From Patescibacteria group bacterium (lineage in GTDB: Bacteria; Patescibacteriota; Microgenomatia; UBA8517), in contig DATDRP010000006.1 of assembly GCA_035291665.1 (NCBI GenBank), positions 145,255 to 209,254 of the forward strand: a DNA stretch of 64,000 nt, given 5' to 3'. The translations under genes were made by a program, and so were the position numbers. Positions 58,101-64,000 of this stretch are shown here, piece by piece. Below the pieces are notes generated by a model, which saw only the letters and a list, made by a program, of their open reading frames with translations, ran no database searches and was not told where the DNA came from. Each line of letters begins with the position of its first letter. Positions within the stretch are counted from its first letter, which is position 1.

Positions 58101-59597
58101 CGGACCGGTTATGAATACAATTGGGCAAGGACAGGTGCCGAAGCAGCAGATGTAGTTTTTGCCGGCCAACATACAGGCGTTGCTTCCCAGGCACAGTCGG
58201 GTTTAGTCAATATTGTTTATTTCCAGATAGGAAACAACGATTTTGCATATTACCGAGACGGTGCAGATATATATAACGGTGCTCTTTCAGGACAGGCTTT
58301 AACCGATAAAATTAATGCAATAATTTCAAATATCTCAACTTCTCTCGATACTGTTTTGGATGCAGATCCAAACGTAAAGGTAATTCTTGGAAATATTGCA
58401 GATCCTGGACTATCACCTTATTGGGCAGCACAATTCCCTGATCCGGTAAAAAGGCAGTTGGTTACCGATGCAATAAACCAAACTAATGCGGGTATAACAA
58501 ACCTGCTTCTTACCCGGAGCAGAGTTACTTTATTTGATCAAATGGCTTTTGCAAACGAGCTTATGTCTAAGGTTGTTAATGGTAATTTGGTGATAGGCGG
58601 AGAAAATATCAGCTTAACTCAAAATGGCGATGAACCCCACCATGCAATTTTGGGAGATAATATCCATGGCGGGACAGTAATGGAAGGCTTAGTTGCCAAC
58701 GGTTTGATTCCTCTGGTAAATCAGACAACCGGATCGCAGATTCAATTATTTTCTGAAACCGAAATTTTGAATAATTCTGGTATCTTTCCCAGTCCGACTC
58801 CGACTCCCACGGTGATTCCTACTCCGACACCTACTCCGGTGTTTGAAACTCACTATATATCGGTAAATCCGGACGGAGTTATCGGAGGGGTAGCTGTTGC
58901 CGGAGAAGATATTCTCAAATTCAATACCGTAACTGGTTTGTATGAAACATACTTCGACGGTTCGGATGTTGAGCTTTCGGGAACATCGATTGATGCGTTT
59001 ACCTTTCTTCCCGGAGGCGACATGATTCTGTCTTTTTCCGGAAGCGTTTCAATAACTGGGTTGGGGACAGTCGCTTCGCAGGACTTGGTCAGGTTTACTC
59101 CGCTTTCGACAGGTAATAGTACAAGCGGATCTTTTAGTTTATATTTTGACGGATCAGATGTTGCCTTAAGCAATTCGTCGGAAAATATAGATTCAGTATC
59201 GGTTTTGGAAAATGGGGATATTCTCTTATCAACAAATGGCAGTATTTCCGTAACCGGAGTTTCAGCAAACGATGAAGATATTATCGAATTTACTCCGACT
59301 TCACTCGGTCCGGCAACTTCGGGAAGCTGGTCACTTTATTTTGATGCATCTGATGTTGGATTATCAAGTACGAGCGAAGATATCGATGCTTTGAGTATCG
59401 CGTCATCGGGAGATTTTTATCTTTCAACAAGCGGCAGCTTCAGTGTTACGGGTGTCTCCGGTCAAAATAATGATGTCTTTATCTTTGATCCGTTAACTTT
59501 GGGAGGGGATTCGTCAGGAACTTTTTCCCAGCCGATTTATTTGGACGGAAGCGCTTTCGGATTATCGGGTTTCAACGTTACGGGATACTACAAATAA
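55173..59597 (+). CDS. Giant secreted multidomain protein: signal peptide, N-terminal domain, PT linker, beta-propeller (PQQ/BamB-like repeats), PT linker, SGNH/GDSL hydrolase, PT linker, 4x ~60-aa C-terminal repeats
   Basis: Signal peptide [24 protein letters not shown]. Three (PTPTPTE)n linkers. WKWSWNG / [13 protein letters not shown] / [14 protein letters not shown] repeats. SGNH blocks (MSDSSSDE; IGNNDF; ..DNIHG). Four repeats of ...SGS(F/W)[11 protein letters not shown]... The track ORF starts at TTG 55167. Confidence 0.8.
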   Translation: MRTFSRKLSYLLCFTLLFYQLSLFLFNDAKTAQATTASYQVSTSTDDVNEDGGTMNSTSTSIWVGTGGSTSQSYTGFRFTNVSIPQGSTITSAYIELWSIQDSWIDTGYQIGAENVGNSTTFTSTTKPSQRALTTAVVNYSSSSHWLINTWYQDANIPSVIQEVVNRTDWTSGNALSIIYKGTSAAWGRKYASSYNGNPSYAPRLVVAFEAATTPSPTPPPTPTPTETPTPTPTETPTPTPTESLTPTPTEIPTPTPTETPTPMPTPTASVTPTPQPPSEWTQLGHDAQHSSYTEQFVPTPWKWKWSWNGPDAAGNVRADKLNYPGSSDFTTPGIPRNIQPVTGGGKVYIAAGNFGVYALNEEDVNTDSFADVLWNVNPVAGGGVKSTPAYDSETGALFVLGTNGVVYKLDTLNSGIVIGEFNTNQSYAPYTTSADRYNRVALPTSPTLSGNRLFVSMGQKVFALDKNNLSNLIWEYDAGAEVYTPPAYSTVRDMVFVASQDLTPGPDGKLHIYTHAISNSNGLELWKTSITNITGVEAGDPNPPPNYTSQVRAEVLNGWPVIAEEHGLVFIKLRLNWNTMWTWSPWSTSNETNRTRLLSNPTQQALIALSMDSGSQPFVVNIGHGGYGDGFIPMGPQPVVKRFADGSEVVYTMVRGDSQSGVDGRSDTHFGELVLDSTTATGFEPGYVRWIEYGNYGWPANSNNDTPPTDEQPNVSMSGNYLFGGHWAVGNAMEIVDRNANLGGYSNPITTEPIPNIALMTNSSTVPEGFDSSHYVSHNFGMATNGEWRALPPGFYVYWNQGHLYDQYWSDYSTWTVSNNTVYYLTNDGALVALDHNSGSPTPTPTPSPTATPTPTETPTPIPTEIPTPTPTEIPTPTPTDIPAPTPTEIPTPTPTDSPTPTPTDTPTPTDTPTPTPPLVINMAVMSDSSSDEYRADDNRAGGTQWELTTLAWTELLEKYRGFNLGSWGTRGEPRRTGYEYNWARTGAEAADVVFAGQHTGVASQAQSGLVNIVYFQIGNNDFAYYRDGADIYNGALSGQALTDKINAIISNISTSLDTVLDADPNVKVILGNIADPGLSPYWAAQFPDPVKRQLVTDAINQTNAGITNLLLTRSRVTLFDQMAFANELMSKVVNGNLVIGGENISLTQNGDEPHHAILGDNIHGGTVMEGLVANGLIPLVNQTTGSQIQLFSETEILNNSGIFPSPTPTPTVIPTPTPTPVFETHYISVNPDGVIGGVAVAGEDILKFNTVTGLYETYFDGSDVELSGTSIDAFTFLPGGDMILSFSGSVSITGLGTVASQDLVRFTPLSTGNSTSGSFSLYFDGSDVALSNSSENIDSVSVLENGDILLSTNGSISVTGVSANDEDIIEFTPTSLGPATSGSWSLYFDASDVGLSSTSEDIDALSIASSGDFYLSTSGSFSVTGVSGQNNDVFIFDPLTLGGDSSGTFSQPIYLDGSAFGLSGFNVTGYYK

Positions 59598-59825
59598 CTT
59601 ACAACTCATTTCCCATTTATTTTCCCTTTTCTCTAGTCTCTTAGTTCCTTAATTCCTATATTCCTAATATCCTACCCCCTATCTCTAATAACCAATTATC
59701 AAATTCCAAATACCAAACAATAAATTTCTAATATCTAATTTCCAATAAATTTTCTCTTAGTTCCTTAATTCCTTTATTCCTGATATCCTACCTCCTATAA
59801 CCTGCAACCTATAACCATTATACCC
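59598..59825 (+). repeat. CT-rich modular intergenic repeat with internal duplication
   Basis: acaactcatttcccatttattttcccttttctctagtctcttagttccttaattcctatattcctaatatcctaccccctatctc...ttttctcttagttccttaattcctttattcctgatatcctacctcctataacctgcaacctataaccatt. Confidence 0.65.
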
Positions 59826-60551
59826 TCACATTCTGTAGCTTAACGCTGAAGTGTTGGCTTTTGTGATATTAACACTTAGGATTTCACCATCATAATTGAA
59901 TACGAATGAAACACGAGCATCAAGATTGTTTGTGATGTATAGATTTTGTCTTGCACTTTTATCAAATCCGCCGGGAAGATAAAAAATTGAAACTCCGTAT
60001 TCCTTCGGAACTTCATTAATAACAGCAAAATTGTGATTTGAAGGATCATATGCAGTCAGTCCTGCATCTTTTGCCGCCCAGTATAAAATTGATGCCAAAT
60101 GGCAGACACCGTCTCCCATAAGATAACCATCGGACTTGAACCCATCCTGATAGTTGAAGCGGGCATTAGTCGTTTTAACTACATTTTTATTAAACTTATC
60201 CAGTATCTGGCTATGAAAAGCAAAGCTTTCTCCCGGGTTCAAATCAAACTTATAGTCCCTGGGTTTTTCAATATTCTCCCAGACGATTTCTGATTTATTT
60301 TTAACTGTCCCGTCCATATAGTTTAAAGTCAGAAGGATATTATCTTTGAATACATCATTTACAAATTTATTGGGATATCTCTCCTCCAAAGATATGGATT
60401 TTGAAGAAAGGGTAGAGTATCCTTCTTCTTCTACGGAATTATTATTTGCCACATTGACCACCTCCGCCGGGGACGACGGGAATAAAATTATCAGTAATAT
60501 AAAAAGATAAAGTAATTTTTTATACATAGGACTCACTTTTTTTTCAGACAT
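59826..60551 (-). CDS. VanW-family protein
   Basis: GDGVCHLASILYWAAKDAGL matches the VanW GGGVCQvSsTLYnAa..AGL block. N-terminal signal/TM. Confidence 0.65.
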   Translation of the reverse strand: MSEKKVSPMYKKLLYLFILLIILFPSSPAEVVNVANNNSVEEEGYSTLSSKSISLEERYPNKFVNDVFKDNILLTLNYMDGTVKNKSEIVWENIEKPRDYKFDLNPGESFAFHSQILDKFNKNVVKTTNARFNYQDGFKSDGYLMGDGVCHLASILYWAAKDAGLTAYDPSNHNFAVINEVPKEYGVSIFYLPGGFDKSARQNLYITNNLDARVSFVFNYDGEILSVNITKANTSALSYRM

Positions 60552-60655
60552 AAAAAAAGTTCCCGAACGGGAACTATAGTGTGTATATTACCACATTATA
60601 GGTCTTTTTTCAACCTAACTGATGAAAATATGTTTATTTTTTGATAGTCTGAAAT

Positions 60656-61351
60656 ATGGCAAAATATCGGAAAAACAATTTCCCCTATCTGATAACCGTA
60701 CTTTCCGTAGTTCTTATTAGCCTTGGAATTTTTATATCAAAAAGGAATGTTTCCTATTCCAAGTGTGCAAACACTTTGAGCTGTGAAGAAAGTCTTAACT
60801 TTTCCATAAACAATGATGAAACAGCCGTTTTTAATGGTGAAATCATTAAGCCGCCGGAAATAGATCTTGCGCAAATTATTGACGAACCGAAAGTATTGGG
60901 TGAAGAAACCGCAGTTTCGGACAAACGTATTGAAGTTGACTTGACTACGCAAACCCTCAAAGCATATGAAGGAGAGAAGCTTTATATGGAAAGTAAAATA
61001 TCATCCGGAAAAATGTTTCCTACGCCAAACGGGGAATTTACCATATGGAGAAAAATAAGAGCCACCAAGATGTCGGGCGGGACGGGTAATGGATATTATT
61101 ACCTTCCGAATGTGCCGTATGTTATGTTTTTTTCCGGTTCCAAATTATCAGCCGGACTCGGGTTTAGCCTTCACGGTACATATTGGCATGACAATTTTGG
61201 CCACCCCATGAGTCACGGCTGTGTGAACATGAAGACGCGGGATGCAAAGAAACTTTTCGAATGGGTGGATCCTCCAATGACTCCCGAACAAAAACAATCC
61301 GAACCGGGTGAAACCGGAACAAAAATAATCATATATGGAAAAGCACCATAA
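60656..61351 (+). CDS. L,D-transpeptidase (YkuD domain)
   Basis: Catalytic SLHGTYWHDNFGHPMSHGCVNM (His...SHGC). N-terminal TM. Confidence 0.8.
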   Translation: MAKYRKNNFPYLITVLSVVLISLGIFISKRNVSYSKCANTLSCEESLNFSINNDETAVFNGEIIKPPEIDLAQIIDEPKVLGEETAVSDKRIEVDLTTQTLKAYEGEKLYMESKISSGKMFPTPNGEFTIWRKIRATKMSGGTGNGYYYLPNVPYVMFFSGSKLSAGLGFSLHGTYWHDNFGHPMSHGCVNMKTRDAKKLFEWVDPPMTPEQKQSEPGETGTKIIIYGKAP

Positions 61352-61964
61352 TAAATATTATTTAATTTTGACCTTATCCGGAATATTTCTTACTACCGGA
61401 CTTGTACTTATGGCCGCATCCGGACTGAAGAAAGATGTGTCTGTGACTACCGATTTGGCGTATGACGCCAAAACTGAAATCCCATTCAAAGAAGAAGAGG
61501 CGGACATTATTTCCCCCGACGGCAAATATACTCTAACCGTTAAAAAAGGAATGGAATTGAATGGATTGGTTCCCCAATCATTTTATATATCATCGGAAAA
61601 GGACTCATCCCCGATAAAAATATTTGAAAAAAATTCAAAACCCGAAAATATGATATCAGTCCCGGAAAACACTTTTTCTCCGGATAATAAATATATTTTT
61701 CTGAAATACGACGAACAGGGTAAATCCCGATATCTTGTTTTACGGACAAACGGGGAAGAAATAAGGAATGGAGTTCCGACCGTGGAATTTGAGGGTCTTT
61801 TCAGCGAGAAATATCCTGAATTTGTTATTACTGATGTAACCGGATGGGGTAGCTATAGTTTAATTGTTATAAATACTGACACAATAGACGGAAAAACAGG
61901 TCCATCCTGGTGGTTTGACCTATCCAGCCTTACATTTATCCGTTTATCATCGAGATTTAATTGA
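61335..61964 (+). CDS. Hypothetical membrane-anchored protein
   Basis: N-terminal TM (YYLILTLSGIFLTTGLVLMAA). No motif. Confidence 0.45.
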   Translation: MEKHHNKYYLILTLSGIFLTTGLVLMAASGLKKDVSVTTDLAYDAKTEIPFKEEEADIISPDGKYTLTVKKGMELNGLVPQSFYISSEKDSSPIKIFEKNSKPENMISVPENTFSPDNKYIFLKYDEQGKSRYLVLRTNGEEIRNGVPTVEFEGLFSEKYPEFVITDVTGWGSYSLIVINTDTIDGKTGPSWWFDLSSLTFIRLSSRFN

Positions 61965-62059
61965 TACATAATTTCTTCAAAGGATAAAAGCCCGTATTGA
62001 AATATTGATATAGTATGTAAGCTGTGTTACAGACTTATGAGTTCAATTGCGTAAAATGA

Positions 62060-62716
62060 ATGAAGTATATGAATAATAAAGTTATAGTTGCTGCAGTCGT
62101 TCTGATATTGCTGCTTGTTGGCGGAGGAGCATATTTGATGATGTCCAAGAAGTCTGGCGTAACTACCCCAACAAGTGTTAATAATTCACAAGGAAGCGCT
62201 GTCCAAGAAACGACCGGATCGGGTCAAAAGTCGCTTAAGGATTTACTTTTGGCGGGAGTCCCGCAAAAATGCAGCTTTAGCGATGTAAGTAGCGGTGTGG
62301 AGATGGACGGAACATCATATATTGCCGGTGGAAAAGTCCGTGCCGATTTTAATTCAAAAACAGAAGGAAAGGCAACTTCCGGTCATACAATTGTTGACGG
62401 AAACACAAGTTACATTTGGATGGACGGATCGCAAACGGGATTTAAGATGGAAGTTAATGAAACCGAAAGCGACACGTCTTCAAATACAAATCAGGAAGGA
62501 TTGGATTTGAATAAATCGATTGACTATAAGTGCAGTACCTGGCTTCCTGATCAATCACTATTTAACCCACCGAGTGATGTTTCATTTACACAATTTTCTG
62601 CACCGCCAACCCAGGCAGCAGGTTCTAATACTCAATTGAACAATTTATGCAGCAGCTGTGATGCACTTACCGGTGATCAAAAAACCCAATGTCTATCTGC
62701 TTTGAACTGCAATTAA
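62060..62716 (+). CDS. Hypothetical membrane-anchored Cys-containing secreted protein
   Basis: N-terminal TM. Several Cys including C-terminal CSSCDALTGDQKTQCLSALNC. Confidence 0.5.
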   Translation: MKYMNNKVIVAAVVLILLLVGGGAYLMMSKKSGVTTPTSVNNSQGSAVQETTGSGQKSLKDLLLAGVPQKCSFSDVSSGVEMDGTSYIAGGKVRADFNSKTEGKATSGHTIVDGNTSYIWMDGSQTGFKMEVNETESDTSSNTNQEGLDLNKSIDYKCSTWLPDQSLFNPPSDVSFTQFSAPPTQAAGSNTQLNNLCSSCDALTGDQKTQCLSALNCN

Positions 62717-62956
62717 TACATCTGACAGATTGGATTTTATCCCTTTTTAATTCTAAATTGAAGCTAAAAAATTATATATGTTAATCGGAGGAGCACAAAG
62801 TATTACATCATCAGCTCTCATTGCAGTACCCTTTTTCGGGTTTATCAGTAGTGGACTTTTATTAACCATAACAAAATTTCTGGGAGGTGTTGTTTTACTA
62901 AGCTTCAGCACGACTAGAATACTTAGGGTTTTCATCAGATAGCAGACAAATTGAAT

Positions 62957-64000
62957 ATGGATGTATTTACGCTCTTCACTTTAATAATAGTTGTTTTGGG
63001 GACTTTAAATCTTTTCAGACTGACTTTTTTTATGGTGGGATCGGATATTTATGGTTTAAAAAATCATATACGCAAACGGAAAAAGTCAACATATGAACCG
63101 AATGTCATTGTTGTTATTCCGGCATACAACGAAGAGATAAGTATTACCTCATGTGTTACTTCCGTTCTACGAAGCAATTACCCCCGGGAAAAACTGGAAG
63201 TGATAGTGATCAATGATGGTTCAACCGACAAAACCAAAGAAATACTTGAAGAATATCAGCTAAAATCCAATGCCAGAAATCTAAAGATTGTCACTCAGGA
63301 AAATTCCGGAAAAGCTCATTCGTTGAATAACGGAATTCGCAATTATTCACACGGGGAACTGGTGATGTGTCTCGATGGGGATTCCATTCTATCGGAAAAT
63401 GCAATCAAAAATGCCGTTTTATATTTTGAAAAAGAAAATGTGATGGCGCTTGCATCAAATTTAAAAATTCAAAAAGGTAAGGGGATCTTAAATCTGATTC
63501 AAAGGTTTGAATATGCGGTTTCATACCAAATGAAAAAAGCCCAGACGGTTTTTAATATCGAATACATTATCGGGGGTGTGGGATCTATTTTCAGGCGTTC
63601 AATTCTGGAAAAAGTGCGCTTTTATGACACAAATACAGTGACAGAGGATATCGATTTGACTATGAAAATCATTAATAACGGCAATAAAGAATTCCGCGTG
63701 ATTTATGGTTCGGATGTTGTTGCATATACCCAAAGCGCGCTGACTATTAAAGATCTGATAAAACAGCGCTACCGCTGGAAATGGGGAAGATATCAAACTT
63801 TTTTGAAAAATAAGAAATTATTTTTTTCATTTGACAAAAAATATACAAAAGGGCTTTCTTGGTTTTATTTGCCTTTTGCACTTTTCACCGACATTACATT
63901 TTTCCTGGAGCCATTGATGCTGACTTATATCTGGCTTGTGATTTTGGGCCATCGGGATTACGGGAGTTTTTTGGTAATGATAGCAATCGTAACTTATTAC
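62957..64000 (+). CDS. Processive family-2 glycosyltransferase (3'-truncated by window edge)
   Basis: Absent from the ORF track because there is no stop in the window. N-terminal TM. VIVVIPAYNEE...VIVINDGSTDKT, DGD, TED and Q(R)YRW (QRYRWKWG) motifs, typical of cellulose/chitin/PNAG-synthase-like GT2. Confidence 0.75.
   Translation, partial: MDVFTLFTLIIVVLGTLNLFRLTFFMVGSDIYGLKNHIRKRKKSTYEPNVIVVIPAYNEEISITSCVTSVLRSNYPREKLEVIVINDGSTDKTKEILEEYQLKSNARNLKIVTQENSGKAHSLNNGIRNYSHGELVMCLDGDSILSENAIKNAVLYFEKENVMALASNLKIQKGKGILNLIQRFEYAVSYQMKKAQTVFNIEYIIGGVGSIFRRSILEKVRFYDTNTVTEDIDLTMKIINNGNKEFRVIYGSDVVAYTQSALTIKDLIKQRYRWKWGRYQTFLKNKKLFFSFDKKYTKGLSWFYLPFALFTDITFFLEPLMLTYIWLVILGHRDYGSFLVMIAIVTYY

Noticed and set aside
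1-64000. CRISPR array / cas operon, diversity-generating retroelement, prophage or IS element
   Set aside because: No regularly spaced direct repeats, no reverse transcriptase, integrase, transposase or phage structural genes were seen. The Cas4-like nuclease and the HNH protein are solitary.
1-64000. tRNA and rRNA genes
   Set aside because: All intergenic gaps >70 nt were inspected for acceptor-stem/T-loop (GTTCRANYC) patterns and rRNA signatures. None were found by eye; tRNAscan was not run, so short tRNAs could have been missed.

Overview
The window is a low-GC, gene-dense stretch of bacterial chromosome that uses the standard genetic code (TAA/TAG/TGA all terminate ORFs). Its gene content and style are typical of a Patescibacteria/CPR-like or similarly reduced genome: many short housekeeping genes, many cell-envelope genes, abundant proline-threonine linker proteins and weak Shine-Dalgarno use.

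Recognisable content, in order:
- rny (5'-partial), hup, miaA, an AI-2E transporter, and an RNase P RNA (rnpB) with an extended -10 promoter and tandem terminators.
- A near-complete type IV pilus locus (pilB, pilC, three prepilin-like minor pilins including a large PilX-like protein, a fused PilM-PilN, a PilO-like protein, major pilin pilA), followed by a UbiA-family prenyltransferase.
- A sensor histidine kinase and two receiver-only response regulators.
- Alpha-glucan phosphorylase, sodA, comM/yifB, dtd, an HNH nuclease, an Nth-like glycosylase, secDF, cca, recJ, a short Rel, an AspRS lacking the GAD domain, gltX and malic enzyme.
- A dense set of peptidoglycan-remodelling genes (DacA-like, RlpA-like, Tat-signal amidase, MltG, VanW, L,D-transpeptidase).
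- A 1476-aa secreted multidomain protein (β-propeller + SGNH hydrolase + C-terminal repeats).
- A partial processive GT2 glycosyltransferase at the 3' edge.

No tRNA, rRNA, CRISPR array, integrase, transposase or reverse transcriptase was recognised by eye.

The most unusual sequence-level signals are:
- a modular, strand-asymmetric CT-rich intergenic repeat family present in at least 8 copies, usually right after stop codons;
- a duplicated ~36-nt motif at the 5' ends of two adjacent small ORFs;
- a duplicated P1-3'/terminator module after rnpB.
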